Positions 9,560-19,925 are shown, numbered from the stretch's first letter. The stretch: 62,124 nt of DNA from Alphaproteobacteria bacterium (GCA_045565415.1 JBJLFK010000042.1:1-62124); one strand, 5' to 3'. A program made the numbers and translations. The notes: generated by a model from the letters alone, not told the origin.

Positions 9560-10699
9560 TTATTTAAAATATTCATTAATAGCATTAACAAATTGGCTTG
9601 ATACTGATTGAAGCCAGTTCCCACTTCTTAAATTCTTTCTATCATATTCATTTGTTACAAAACCCAATTCTACCAAAACACTTGGAAACTCATCAGATTT
9701 TAACACAGCAAAGCCGGCTGAACGAAGAGGATTATTCAATAAAGATGTCTTAGATTTAACTCTGCTAGTTAGAGTGCTTGCAAACTTAGTGGATTTAAAA
9801 CGATTATCTATCAACTTTCTTTGGTATTTAACGAAGTCAGTTGGATTTTTAGCATTTCTTAAATAGTTACCACTATAGCTTGAATTAACCATGGCATAAG
9901 AATTCTCAATTGTTGCAAGTTTTTCTGCCTCCTTATCTAAACCTTTATCTGAGAGAGTATAAACAGATAAACCTTTTATATTAGAAGAACTAGAAGCATC
10001 GGCATGAATTGAGATGAATAAATCAGCATTCTTACTTTTAGCAAATTTAACTCTATCGCTTAATGAAACAAAACTATCATCTTCTCTTGTAAGAAAAATA
10101 CGATAATTATTATTTCTAGATAAATGTTTTTTTAATATCCTAGCAAAACGCAGAACGATATCTTTTTCAGAAACTACCTTTGGGTAAGAAGTTCCTGGGT
10201 CTTTACCACCATGCCCAGGATCGATAACAATAGTTTTCCTTAATTTATAACTCTTATTAATCTTTTTATTCTTATTGGCGGTAATTTTCTTATTAGAAAT
10301 AATATCAAAACTTAATCTTCTAATTGAGCCAGCGCTCGGCTTTAAAACTTTAACATTCTTAATATTTGGAGATTCATTTAAATCAAATACTATCCTAGAT
10401 GTATTAGCATTAAACTCAGCATATCTTATTCCTTTAATTGCACCAGTTGCTTTGGGAAATGAAAAATCATCACTGAACTTAACATTATACAAATCAACAA
10501 CAACTCTTGAAGGATTATTAAATGCTGAAATCTCGTGTTTTATTAAATTATTACTATCAATGATAACTCTTAAAGATTCATTATTTCCAGAAAATCTAAT
10601 TTTTGAAATTAAGGCACTTTCATTAGAAAATACACTTTCTGTTGTAAATAGAGCACATATTATAAAAATAACTATCTTTTTTTTGTTAAAAATCATCAT
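9560..10699 (-). CDS. N-acetylmuramoyl-L-alanine amidase (AMIN-like N-terminal domain plus Amidase_3 domain)
   Basis: It has a signal peptide (MMIFNKKKIVIFIICALFTTESVFS) and the Amidase_3 motifs VIDPGHGGKDPG and SIHADAS. Length is 379 aa. Confidence 0.85.
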   Translation of the reverse strand: MMIFNKKKIVIFIICALFTTESVFSNESALISKIRFSGNNESLRVIIDSNNLIKHEISAFNNPSRVVVDLYNVKFSDDFSFPKATGAIKGIRYAEFNANTSRIVFDLNESPNIKNVKVLKPSAGSIRRLSFDIISNKKITANKNKKINKSYKLRKTIVIDPGHGGKDPGTSYPKVVSEKDIVLRFARILKKHLSRNNNYRIFLTREDDSFVSLSDRVKFAKSKNADLFISIHADASSSSNIKGLSVYTLSDKGLDKEAEKLATIENSYAMVNSSYSGNYLRNAKNPTDFVKYQRKLIDNRFKSTKFASTLTSRVKSKTSLLNNPLRSAGFAVLKSDEFPSVLVELGFVTNEYDRKNLRSGNWLQSVSSQFVNAINEYFK

Positions 10700-10932
10700 T
10701 TTTCAAGAATAATCTATTAGAAGCTTGTCAAACTAAGATTATTTAATATAAAGGAGTCTTACATATGATTAAATAATTTTTTTAATTTAATTATACAAAA
10801 GGATTTATATTAAGGATTTTTAATATCCTTCATAAACAATAAAAGCCATGAATATTTCAATAACATATCCTGATATAAGGGAAATTAATGTTTCAATAAG
10901 AAAATATTTTCTGGCATTCGGAGATTATATAA

Positions 10933-12912
10933 ATGACAAACGAAATTTTAATAGATGCAGTCCATCAGGAAGAGACAAGGATTGCAATAATAAAAGACAA
11001 AAGATTAGAAGACTATGATTATGAATTCGACGCTAAAAAACCTATTAGAGGAAATATTTACCTTGCCAAGGTAATAAGGGTTGAGCCATCGCTTCAAGCA
11101 GCATTTCTTGATTATGGGGGAAATAAAAATGCCTTCCTTCCTTTTTCAGAAATAAATCCTGATTATTATCAAATTCCTCAAGCTGATAAGGAAGCAATAA
11201 AAAACTCAAATGGAATAAGCCTTGAAGATGAAAAGCAAATTTCTTCAAAAGAAGATGAAACTGATGAACCTGATGATATTGGTGGTGATGAGCTCGAAGA
11301 AATTGAATCAGAGAGAAAAAAAAGTAAGGCTGTAAAATATAAAATTCAAGAAGTTATTAAAAAAAACCAAGTCATTCTTTTACAGATATCTAAAGAAGAA
11401 AGAGGTAACAAAGGAGCGGCTGCAACAACTTATATATCAATTCCTGGAAGATACTGTGTCTTAATGACAAATACACTTAAAGGTGGAGGGGTTAGCAGAA
11501 GAATAAATAAGCCCAATGAGCGTAAAAAATTAAAAACTATCTTAGAAAAATTAGAAGTTTCAGATGATATGGGTTTAATTATAAGAACTGCAGGAAGTAA
11601 TACAACTGCAGGTGAAATTAAGAAAGATTATAATTTTCTAATAAAAAGCTGGAATAAAATACGAGAGGATACACTTTCAGCAAACGCACCTTCTTTAATT
11701 TATGAAAATGGCAGCGTAATACATAGAACATTAAGAGATGTTTACACTAAAGATTTTGATAAAATCTATGTAGAAGGCGATGAAAAATACAAAGTCACTA
11801 AAGAATTAATGAAAATGATGTTGCCTAGTCATGCTAAAAAAGTACAGAAATGGCGTGAGTCAAAACCAATTTTTCAAAAAGATAACATTCAAGATCAATT
11901 AAGTTCAATTTATGCTGAAAATGTTCCTTTAAAATCTGGTGGATCGCTTGTCATTGACCAAACTGAAGCATTAGTGGCTATTGATGTTAACTCTGGGACA
12001 TCAAAAAAGGATTATAATATTGAAGACACCGCATTAAGAACAAATTTAGAAGCTTCTAAAGAGATTGCTAGGCAGCTTAAGTTAAGAGATATGGCGGGTT
12101 TAATTGTTATTGATTTTATTGATATGGAAAAATTTGCTAATCGTAGATCAATAGAAAAAAAATTAAAGGAATCCCTAAAATCTGATAGATCACGTATCCA
12201 AGTTGGAAGAATTAGTTCTTTTGGTCTACTTGAAATGTCTAGACAAAGGATGAGGTCTAGCATTCAAGAAAATTCTTATGAAATCTGCCCTCATTGCGAT
12301 GGTAAGGGTTCTTTAAGAACACCTGAATCAATTGCCTTAGAGATATTGAGAGAGATCAGTGAAGCAGCAAATGATAAAAGAGCAGCTACAGTGCAAGTCG
12401 AGGTATCTATTGAAATCCTGAACTTTATTGTAAATAATAAAAGAGATGAATTATCAAAACTTGAAACTGACACAGGAATTAATTTTAAGTTGGTTGGTAA
12501 TAATCAACTTAGAGGAAAAGAATGTAAGATTATTTCATTTGATATAAAAGCAAATATCCTTGGTAAAAATAAAAATGCAAAAGATAGAAGGCCACAGAAT
12601 AAGAATCAAAAAAATTCAAACCCTAGACCTAAAAACAACTCGAACAAAAAAAACTCTTCAAGTAAAAATACAAAAAATTCTAACAAAAAGGCTGATAATA
12701 ATAAAAAAGATATCAACAAAAACCTTAAAAAAGTAGATGAAAAAAATGTTTTAAGTGAAGACACTAAAGATACGAAAGAACTTAAAAAGAGTAATGATAA
12801 AACTAAAAAAATTAAACAAACTGAAAAAGTTAGAAATGAAAATCATATTGGCGCACCATTGACTGAATCTAAAAAAACTAAAGATAAAAAAACAGGATGG
12901 TGGAATAAGTAA
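10933..12912 (+). CDS. rne: Ribonuclease E (short alphaproteobacterial type with a Lys/Asn-rich tail)
   Basis: The S1 domain reads GNIYLAKVIRVEPSLQAAFLDYG, the catalytic core includes ALVAIDVNSG, and the Zn-link is CPHCDGKG. A low-complexity K/N-rich tail ends in TGWWNK. Confidence 0.9.
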   Translation: MTNEILIDAVHQEETRIAIIKDKRLEDYDYEFDAKKPIRGNIYLAKVIRVEPSLQAAFLDYGGNKNAFLPFSEINPDYYQIPQADKEAIKNSNGISLEDEKQISSKEDETDEPDDIGGDELEEIESERKKSKAVKYKIQEVIKKNQVILLQISKEERGNKGAAATTYISIPGRYCVLMTNTLKGGGVSRRINKPNERKKLKTILEKLEVSDDMGLIIRTAGSNTTAGEIKKDYNFLIKSWNKIREDTLSANAPSLIYENGSVIHRTLRDVYTKDFDKIYVEGDEKYKVTKELMKMMLPSHAKKVQKWRESKPIFQKDNIQDQLSSIYAENVPLKSGGSLVIDQTEALVAIDVNSGTSKKDYNIEDTALRTNLEASKEIARQLKLRDMAGLIVIDFIDMEKFANRRSIEKKLKESLKSDRSRIQVGRISSFGLLEMSRQRMRSSIQENSYEICPHCDGKGSLRTPESIALEILREISEAANDKRAATVQVEVSIEILNFIVNNKRDELSKLETDTGINFKLVGNNQLRGKECKIISFDIKANILGKNKNAKDRRPQNKNQKNSNPRPKNNSNKKNSSSKNTKNSNKKADNNKKDINKNLKKVDEKNVLSEDTKDTKELKKSNDKTKKIKQTEKVRNENHIGAPLTESKKTKDKKTGWWNK

Positions 12913-12921
12913 AAGCTTAAA

Positions 12922-14280
12922 ATGATCAAGAAAAATAAAATATTTTCATTATTAATATACTTTTATTTAATCATTTTAGTAGCCTCCGATCTTAGTGGAA
13001 GAGGCATTGCTAGAGATGCAGAAACAGAAATCTTTCTATCAGAAATGACAACGCCAATTGTCAATGTAGCAAATTTAAATTCTTCCTCAGTTGACTTATA
13101 TTTATTTAATGACAATAGCGTAAACGCATTTGTAACCTGTGGTCAGAAAATTTTTATTAATACGGGTCTTATCATGGAATTTGATGACCCTTCAATGCTT
13201 AGAGGTGTTTTAGCACATGAGACAGGTCATATAGCCGGCGCTCATCTTGCTAGATCCGATATTGCTTTAAAAAAAGCACAAGCACCAATGATTATAGGCT
13301 TACTTCTTGGAATTGGCGCTGCAGTTGCAGGAGGTGACAGCGATGCTGTTCAAGGTATATTGCTTGGAAGCCAACAAATTGCCCAAGGTATGGTTGCTAA
13401 ATATTCTCGCGGTCAGGAAGCCGCAGCTGATCAAGCGGCATTTCAATATCTTGAAAAACTTGGGCTTTCATCAAAAGGTATGATTGATGTTCTTTATAAT
13501 TTTGCTGATCAAGAAGCATTAAGCGCAAGAAATCAAAGCTCTAGAGTTCGTAGTCATCCTATTTCTCGTCAAAGAATTATGGCTTTAGAGAATCAAGCAG
13601 TAAACTCAAAATTCTACAATCAAAGAGATTCATCAGACTTAATATATAGATATAATATGATACGCGCAAAGCTTGAGGGATTTTTAAAAAGACCTGATGA
13701 TATCATTAGAAAATATAAAAATAATGACTCTGATTATTCAATTTACGCATCTTCTGTTGCTCTATATAGAAAAGCATTAACAGATCAAGCTATAGATCAA
13801 ATAAATATATTAATTGATAAATACCCTACTAATCCTTGGTATCATGAATTAAAAGGCCAAATTCTTTATGAGTCTGGAAAAATAAATCTTTCAATTGAGC
13901 CTTATGAAAAAGCTGTCAAATTTTCTACTGGTCATCCATTGGTCAATGTTGCTCTAGCATCAGCCTATCTTGCTCTCAATAACAAAGAATATGATATTAA
14001 GGCACAAAACTTACTTAATAATGTCATTAAAAAAGATCAAAAAAATTCATACGCTTGGTTTCAGTTAGCAATTGCTGAAGCAAGGCTTGGAAATATTGGA
14101 AAAGCAGATCTATATTCTGCAGAAAGATATTTTGTGCTTGGTGACGTAAACTTAGCTTCATTTCATGCAAAAAGATCTAAGAATAGCTTAAAGGATAATG
14201 GTCCGTTATTAATGAGAGCTGAAGATATAATTTTAGATTCTGAAAATAAACAAAAATGGAGGAAAAGATGTCCAGTATAA
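12922..14280 (+). CDS. Periplasmic M48-family zinc metalloprotease with TPR-like C-terminal half (BepA/YfgC-like)
   Basis: It has an N-terminal signal/anchor, an HExxH zinc motif (AHETGHIAGAH) and a helical repeat-like C-terminal half. Length is 452 aa. Confidence 0.75.
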   Translation: MIKKNKIFSLLIYFYLIILVASDLSGRGIARDAETEIFLSEMTTPIVNVANLNSSSVDLYLFNDNSVNAFVTCGQKIFINTGLIMEFDDPSMLRGVLAHETGHIAGAHLARSDIALKKAQAPMIIGLLLGIGAAVAGGDSDAVQGILLGSQQIAQGMVAKYSRGQEAAADQAAFQYLEKLGLSSKGMIDVLYNFADQEALSARNQSSRVRSHPISRQRIMALENQAVNSKFYNQRDSSDLIYRYNMIRAKLEGFLKRPDDIIRKYKNNDSDYSIYASSVALYRKALTDQAIDQINILIDKYPTNPWYHELKGQILYESGKINLSIEPYEKAVKFSTGHPLVNVALASAYLALNNKEYDIKAQNLLNNVIKKDQKNSYAWFQLAIAEARLGNIGKADLYSAERYFVLGDVNLASFHAKRSKNSLKDNGPLLMRAEDIILDSENKQKWRKRCPV

Positions 14281-14987
14281 AAAATCTTTCAATTAAATTT
14301 ATTCTTCTCTTAATTGTTTTTTTTATTTTTGGTTATTCATTTAATTACTTGATAAATTCAAAAACAAATAAAAAAGAAATTAATAACTACTTAGAAAATC
14401 ATCCCGAAGAGATAGAAGGCTTTATAAATCTTGCTGAAAAAATTTTAATTACCAAAAAAAATGAAATACAAAGAAACATAATTGATCAAAATAAATTATT
14501 TTTTGAAAATCAAAAATTTTTTATTGGAAATCCAAATGGAACTAAAATAATTTATGAATTTTTTGATTATAATTGTGGTTTTTGCAAAAGAGCTTTCTCT
14601 GATTTAATGGAATTAGTCTCTGAAAATGAAAACATAAAAATTGTTTTCATTGAATTACCTGTTTTAGGACAAAGCTCGCTATTAGCATCTAAGGCTGCAT
14701 ATGAAGCATTTAATGAAGGAAAATACTTTGATATGCATCAAAAATTAATTAATCATCAAGGAAAGATTACAATTGATAATATTAAAATATTTGCTAGTGA
14801 AATAAATATTGAGCCCAATTTATTAATTGAAAATATGAACAAGTTAGATATTGGCTTTATTGAAGAAAATTATATTTTGGCTGATAAACTTGATATAAAT
14901 GGAACACCTACATTTATTATAAACAAAAATGTTATTCCTGGAGCAATAGATAAGACTACAATATTAAGATTATTATCATCAAACTGA
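14256..14987 (+). CDS. DsbA-family thiol:disulfide oxidoreductase, membrane anchored
   Basis: It has an N-terminal TM segment (LSIKFILLLIVFFIFGY) and a thioredoxin-fold CxxC site in FFDYNCGFCKRA. An alternative start is at 14268. Either start overlaps the upstream gene. Confidence 0.75.
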   Translation: MEEKMSSIKNLSIKFILLLIVFFIFGYSFNYLINSKTNKKEINNYLENHPEEIEGFINLAEKILITKKNEIQRNIIDQNKLFFENQKFFIGNPNGTKIIYEFFDYNCGFCKRAFSDLMELVSENENIKIVFIELPVLGQSSLLASKAAYEAFNEGKYFDMHQKLINHQGKITIDNIKIFASEINIEPNLLIENMNKLDIGFIEENYILADKLDINGTPTFIINKNVIPGAIDKTTILRLLSSN

Positions 14988-15063
14988 CTTATCTGTTTCT
15001 CTCTAAGAGTTGACGCAATATCTAACAAAAGGTTAGATATCTTTATGATTCGTAAAAATAACA

Positions 15064-15507
15064 ATGTCTAAAGCTAGTAAAATATATGTTTTAAATGGCC
15101 CTAACTTAAACTTACTTGGAGATAGAGAGCCAGATATTTATGGGAATGTATCGTTAAAAGATATAGAAAAATCTCTAATTAGTTATGGTAAAGAAAATAA
15201 TTCTGAAATTTATTTTAAACAATCAAACCATGAAGGAGAATTAATTGAATTTATTCATGAAGCCTCAAAAAAAGCCAATGCAATTATTATTAATCCAGCA
15301 GGATACTCGCATACATCTGTTGCTTTATTAGACGCCCTACTAACCGTTAAAATTCCTATAATAGAGGTACACATATCAAATATTTTTAGAAGAGAAGATT
15401 TTAGACATAATTCATATGTTTCAAAAGCTGCAGTTGGTGTTATAAGCGGTTTAGGAATTAAAGGTTATTTATATGCGCTTAAATTTCTTTTGGACGAGCT
15501 AAAATAA
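15064..15507 (+). CDS. aroQ: 3-dehydroquinate dehydratase, type II
   Basis: The sequences VLNGPNLNLLGDREPDIYG and EVHISNIFRREDFRHNSY are typical of AroQ. The aroQ-accB-accC order is widely conserved. Confidence 0.92.
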   Translation: MSKASKIYVLNGPNLNLLGDREPDIYGNVSLKDIEKSLISYGKENNSEIYFKQSNHEGELIEFIHEASKKANAIIINPAGYSHTSVALLDALLTVKIPIIEVHISNIFRREDFRHNSYVSKAAVGVISGLGIKGYLYALKFLLDELK

Positions 15508-15519
15508 TGGAGATTTATT

Positions 15520-15978
15520 TTGACAAAAAATCAAATAATTGATGAAGAAATTAAACAAGCTATAAAGGAATTAACCAATATGCTTGAAGAATTAAATTTA
15601 TCTGAAATCCAAATTGAGAATGATAAAATTGGTAAAGTAAAAGTTGCACGACATAATTATCAACCTCAAATAACGAATGTTTCTACTAATCAAGAAAAAG
15701 CTGATAATGATGTTGAGAATGAGAATATTATTAATGAAGATGACGAGAACATTGTCAAATCTCCAATGGTAGGTACTGTTTATCTTCAGCCTGAGCCTGA
15801 TTCAGATCCATTCATAAAGATTGGCGATAAAGTTAAAAAGGGACAAACATTATTGATTGTTGAAGCCATGAAAACAATGAATGATATTGTTGCTGATAAA
15901 AATGGAATAATAAAAGAAATACTTGTTAAAAATGAACAACCAGTTCAGTTTGATGATCAATTAATTATAATAGAATAA
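15520..15978 (+). CDS. accB: Acetyl-CoA carboxylase biotin carboxyl carrier protein
   Basis: The biotinylation motif EAMKTMN is in a C-terminal lipoyl-like domain. The start is TTG, preceded by GGAG. Confidence 0.9.
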   Translation: MTKNQIIDEEIKQAIKELTNMLEELNLSEIQIENDKIGKVKVARHNYQPQITNVSTNQEKADNDVENENIINEDDENIVKSPMVGTVYLQPEPDSDPFIKIGDKVKKGQTLLIVEAMKTMNDIVADKNGIIKEILVKNEQPVQFDDQLIIIE

Positions 15979-17319
15979 ATGTTCAATAAAATTCTTATAG
16001 CTAATAGAGGTGAAATTGCTGTTAGGGTTTTAAGGGCATGTAAAGAACTTGGCATTCAGACGGTAGCTGTTTATTCCTCTGCTGATAAAAATGCAATGCA
16101 TGTTAAATTAGCGGATGAAAGTGTTTGTATTGGACCTGCTTCATCATTAAAATCTTATTTAAATATCCCAGCTATAATCTCTGCTTGTGAAGTTTCTGGT
16201 GCAGATGCGGTACATCCAGGGTATGGTTTTTTATCTGAAAATTTTGGTTTTGTTGAAAAACTAGAGGCACATGGTATTAAATTTATAGGTCCAAAATCTG
16301 AACACATTAAAATGATGGGTGATAAAATCTTAGCAAAAGAGTCGGCAAATAATCTTGGTCTTCCAATTATCCCTGGTTCTTCTGGAGAAATAAGTAACAC
16401 AAAAGAGGGTCTTGAAGTAGCAAATGCACTTGGCTACCCAATCATTATAAAAGCATCATCAGGTGGGGGTGGTCGAGGAATGATAAAAGTTTTAAAAGAA
16501 GAAGATTTAGATGAGTCTTTGAAAAAAGCATCTACTGAAGCTAAAAAATCTTTCAATGATAAGAGAGTTTATATTGAGAAATATCTACAAAATCCTAAAC
16601 ATATAGAAATACAGGTAATCGGTGACGAGTATAATAATATAGTACATTTAGGAGAGAGAGATTGCTCAATGCAAAGAAGAAATCAGAAATTAATTGAAGA
16701 AACTCCATCAGTTATTATAGATGATAAAAAAAGAGATGAAATTTGTAACTTAACAATTAATTCATTAAAAACAATGGGGTATTGTAACGCTGGCACAATA
16801 GAATACCTTTATGAAAATGGTAATTTCTATTTTATGGAAATGAATACCAGGCTTCAAGTTGAACACCCTGTTTCGGAAGAAATCTATAATTTTGATTTAG
16901 TGAAAGAACAAATAAAAATTGCTGCTAAATATAAACTCTCAACTAATCAAGATAATCTAAAAAGTAATGGTCATTCAATAGAGTGTAGAATAAATGCTGA
17001 AGACCCAGACACCTTTATACCTTCACCTGGGTTAATAACAAATTATCATGCTCCAAGTGGTCCTGGTGTAAGAGTAGATTCAAATTGTTATTCAGGATTA
17101 GAGATTTCACCATATTATGATAGCCTAATAGCAAAGCTTATTGTTTATGATAAAGATAGAGTTTCCTGCATACAAAGATTAAAAAGAGCTCTAGATGAAT
17201 TTGTAATAGATGGTATAAAAACAACTATTCCTTTTTTTCAGCAAATAATAAATCAAAAAGATTTTGAGGATGGTAGCTATGATATTAACTGGTTAGAAAA
17301 TTATAAAAAAAATAATTAA
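15979..17319 (+). CDS. accC: Acetyl-CoA carboxylase biotin carboxylase subunit
   Basis: The N-terminus MFNKILIANRGEIAVRVLRACKELGI is typical. It has the ATP-grasp glycine loop SSGGGGRGM. Length is 446 aa. Confidence 0.95.
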   Translation: MFNKILIANRGEIAVRVLRACKELGIQTVAVYSSADKNAMHVKLADESVCIGPASSLKSYLNIPAIISACEVSGADAVHPGYGFLSENFGFVEKLEAHGIKFIGPKSEHIKMMGDKILAKESANNLGLPIIPGSSGEISNTKEGLEVANALGYPIIIKASSGGGGRGMIKVLKEEDLDESLKKASTEAKKSFNDKRVYIEKYLQNPKHIEIQVIGDEYNNIVHLGERDCSMQRRNQKLIEETPSVIIDDKKRDEICNLTINSLKTMGYCNAGTIEYLYENGNFYFMEMNTRLQVEHPVSEEIYNFDLVKEQIKIAAKYKLSTNQDNLKSNGHSIECRINAEDPDTFIPSPGLITNYHAPSGPGVRVDSNCYSGLEISPYYDSLIAKLIVYDKDRVSCIQRLKRALDEFVIDGIKTTIPFFQQIINQKDFEDGSYDINWLENYKKNN

Positions 17320-17762
17320 TTTTCTTCTACTGAAAATAAAGCCTCGCCAACAAGCCCTATCAAATCAACAGACCCTTGAGTGTAAAGAAGATAATCATTT
17401 TCACTTAAATAAATTTCACTTCCTCCAGGTTCAATTGAAATATAATTACTCCCAAGTAATCCATCCATAGTAATTTTTGCTGAGCTATCATCAGGAATTT
17501 TTATTGCATTATTAATAATCAGAACTAACTGAGCTTCGTATGTTGTCTGATTTAAAGAACTTTTAGAAACGCTCCCTATCTTAATTCCAGAAAGCCTAAC
17601 ATCCGAACCAATTTGTATACCATCTATTCTATTGAAGGTAGCATTTATATTATAAGTTCCTTCAGCATTATTATCTGTGATTGAAAAACTGTAAAAAAGA
17701 AATGATACAGCTAATATAATAACAATTGCTCCAATAAATGTTTCAAATATATTTGATCGCAT
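17316..17762 (-). CDS. mlaD: MlaD-like single-MCE-domain protein (outer membrane lipid asymmetry maintenance)
   Basis: It has an N-terminal TM helix (FIGAIVIILAVSFLFYSF) followed by an MCE-type domain (FNRIDGIQIGSDVRLSGIKIGSV). Length is 148 aa. Confidence 0.7.
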   Translation of the reverse strand: MRSNIFETFIGAIVIILAVSFLFYSFSITDNNAEGTYNINATFNRIDGIQIGSDVRLSGIKIGSVSKSSLNQTTYEAQLVLIINNAIKIPDDSSAKITMDGLLGSNYISIEPGGSEIYLSENDYLLYTQGSVDLIGLVGEALFSVEEN

Positions 17763-17767
17763 TATAT

Positions 17768-18151
17768 TTACTCAGGACTCCAAGGTTCATAAGCTTTTTT
17801 TAACATCTCTGGCTCTTTTTTCTTTGATTCATCAGGGTTATAAGCTTCAATTGTACCAGTTTCATTTTCCTTATGTATCTTATACCACTTTGGCTTTTTG
17901 TCACTTTCATTTGGTATTTCATCGGTTCGATAATGTAACCAATCATGCCAATCAGCTGCAATCCTTGAAGCATCCATCAAGCCATTATATATAACCCATC
18001 TCTGATTTTTGTTTTTTTTATTAATATAGAAAATATTTCCATTTACATCTTTACCAACAAATTTTCCTCTAAATAAAGTTAATAATTTTGTACTTAAAGT
18101 TTGGTTATTCCACCAGGTAAAGGTTTCTAAAAATAATGATTTAAGGCTCAT
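17768..18151 (-). CDS. NADH:ubiquinone oxidoreductase subunit NDUFA12-like protein
   Basis: The sequences ...GKDVNGNIFY...RWVIYNG and AADWHDWLHYRTDEIP match the NDUFA12/B17.2 family pattern. I prefer the start at M25 (18151), one nt after the aspS stop. The track ORF extends to 18223, inside aspS. Confidence 0.75.
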   Translation of the reverse strand: MSLKSLFLETFTWWNNQTLSTKLLTLFRGKFVGKDVNGNIFYINKKNKNQRWVIYNGLMDASRIAADWHDWLHYRTDEIPNESDKKPKWYKIHKENETGTIEAYNPDESKKKEPEMLKKAYEPWSPE

Positions 18152-18152
18152 T

Positions 18153-19925
18153 CTATTCTTTCTTCTCAATAATCTTAATGCCGATTTCTTTAAGCTGATC
18201 TGATGATATTTCGGATGGTGCATTCATCATAAGATCTTGAGCTTGTTGATTCATGGGGAAAGCAATAACTTCTCGTATGTTTTCTTCACCAGCGATAAGC
18301 ATTACAATTCTGTCAATACCAGGGGCAATACCACCATGAGGGGGTGCGCCATAGCCAAAAGCATCATACATCGCTCCAAAACGTTTCTTAATTTCATCGA
18401 TGTCATACCCAGCGATTTCAAAAGCTTTTAAAAGAATATCCTGTCTATGATTTCTTATTGCGCCAGATGACAATTCAACTCCATTACAAACGATATCATA
18501 TTGAAAAGCTTTAATTTCTAATGGATCTATATTTTCTAAAGACTCTAAACCTCCTTGTGGCATAGAAAACGGATTATGGGAGAAATCTATCTTTTTTAAT
18601 TCTTCATTATACTCAAACATTGGAAAATCAACAATCCAACAAAACTCGAAGGAATCTTTCTTTATCAACTCTAGCTCATTTCCAATCTTAACCCTTGCCT
18701 TAGATATAAAATCTAAGAAATTATTAGGAATACCACATACAAAGAAAATGGAATCGCCGTCATCGAGTGAAAATTTATTTTTAATTAATTCAGTCTTTTC
18801 ATCACCAATATTTTTTGCAATTGGACCCGACCCTTTTCCATCTTTAAAAAATATATATCCTAGGCCTGGTTGGCCCTCTTCAATAGCCCATTTATTCATT
18901 TTATCACAAAAAGCTCTTGATCCTCCTGTCTTAGAAGGAATAGCCCATACTTTTATTTTCTCATTTTTAGAAATTTGGTCAGCAAAAATTTTAAAACCAG
19001 AATCAACAAAAACTTCGGTGATATCATCAAGTTCAATTTCTACTCTTAGATCTGGTTTATCTGTTCCATATTTTTGAATTGATTCTGCATAAGAAATCCT
19101 AGGAAATTTTTTATTTACAGCCATATTTCCGGAAAATTTTTCAAATACATCTCTTAGCAAAGGTTCGACTGATTCAAAAACATCATCTTGATTAACAAAG
19201 CTCATTTCAATATCTAATTGATAGAATTCTCCAGGAGACCTATCAGCTCTAGCATCCTCATCTCTAAAACATGGAGCAATCTGAAAATACTTATCAAAAC
19301 CTGAAGTCATAAGTAGTTGTTTAAACTGCTGTGGAGCTTGAGGAAGAGCATAAAATTTACCTTGATGCACTCTTGAAGGAACCAAATAATCTCTTGCACC
19401 TTCCGGACTCGATGCTGTCATTATTGGTGTTTGAATCTCGAGAAAATCATTTTCAATCATCTTGCTTCTAATGAAATTAATAATTTCAGATCTTAATATT
19501 ATGTTCTTATGAAGAGTTTCTCTCCTTAAATCTAAAAACCTATATTTTAGTCTTATTTCTTCTGGATAATCAGGCTCGCCAAAAACTGGTAATGGAATAT
19601 CATCTGAACTCCCAATTACTTCAAGTGTTTCGACATAGACCTCAATTTTTCCAGTTGGTAATACTTTATTAATTGTATCGTCTGATCTTTGTACAACTTT
19701 TCCATTAATTGTTATTACAGATTCATTTCTTACTTTTTCTGCTTCTTGGAAAGCGCTGCTATCTGGATCAAAAACTAACTGTGTTAATCCAAAATGATCT
19801 CTCAAATCAATAAACAAAAGACCGCCATGGTCTCTTTTTCTGTGAACCCAACCTGATAATCTAACTTCTTGATTTATATCTTCAGCTCGTAAGCCATTAC
19901 AATTATGTGTTCTATATTGATGCAT
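18153..19925 (-). CDS. aspS: Aspartate--tRNA ligase
   Basis: It has the class II motifs [12 protein letters not shown] and [12 protein letters not shown], and an N-terminal OB-fold ([23 protein letters not shown]). Length is 590 aa. Confidence 0.95.
   Translation of the reverse strand: MHQYRTHNCNGLRAEDINQEVRLSGWVHRKRDHGGLLFIDLRDHFGLTQLVFDPDSSAFQEAEKVRNESVITINGKVVQRSDDTINKVLPTGKIEVYVETLEVIGSSDDIPLPVFGEPDYPEEIRLKYRFLDLRRETLHKNIILRSEIINFIRSKMIENDFLEIQTPIMTASSPEGARDYLVPSRVHQGKFYALPQAPQQFKQLLMTSGFDKYFQIAPCFRDEDARADRSPGEFYQLDIEMSFVNQDDVFESVEPLLRDVFEKFSGNMAVNKKFPRISYAESIQKYGTDKPDLRVEIELDDITEVFVDSGFKIFADQISKNEKIKVWAIPSKTGGSRAFCDKMNKWAIEEGQPGLGYIFFKDGKGSGPIAKNIGDEKTELIKNKFSLDDGDSIFFVCGIPNNFLDFISKARVKIGNELELIKKDSFEFCWIVDFPMFEYNEELKKIDFSHNPFSMPQGGLESLENIDPLEIKAFQYDIVCNGVELSSGAIRNHRQDILLKAFEIAGYDIDEIKKRFGAMYDAFGYGAPPHGGIAPGIDRIVMLIAGEENIREVIAFPMNQQAQDLMMNAPSEISSDQLKEIGIKIIEKKE

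Noticed and set aside
10275-10712. A 145-aa plus-strand ORF antisense to the amidase gene. This is unusually long for AT-rich DNA.
   Set aside because: It lies entirely inside a well-supported gene on the other strand and has no recognisable domain or start context. Its composition (I/L/S/F-rich) is what antisense translation of an AT-rich gene gives. The open frame is explained by the scarcity of Tyr/His/Gln codons after T-ending codons in that stretch of the amidase gene.
12538-12890. The A-rich, repetitive-looking DNA encoding the RNase E tail, considered as a possible tandem repeat or array.
   Set aside because: I could find no exact repeat unit or regular period. It is compositional bias from AAA/AAT codons (Lys/Asn).
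15018-15040. A hairpin, ATATCTAAC-AAAAG-GTTAGATAT, between the DsbA-like gene and aroQ, considered as a possible terminator.
   Set aside because: The stem is AT-rich with no U-tract after it. It overlaps a plausible TTGACG / TAGATAT promoter for aroQ-accBC, so I cannot say what it does. It is not strong enough to annotate.
18152-18223. N-terminal extensions offered by the ORF track that run into the upstream gene. The cases are NDUFA12-like 18152-18223, surA 31119-31181, fabD 38180-38236, sufD 1583-1615 and bamB 48237-48254.
   Set aside because: In each case an internal ATG lies 0-2 nt beyond the upstream gene's stop. Starting there gives a canonical N-terminus (signal peptide, lipobox or conserved start), so the extensions are not coding.
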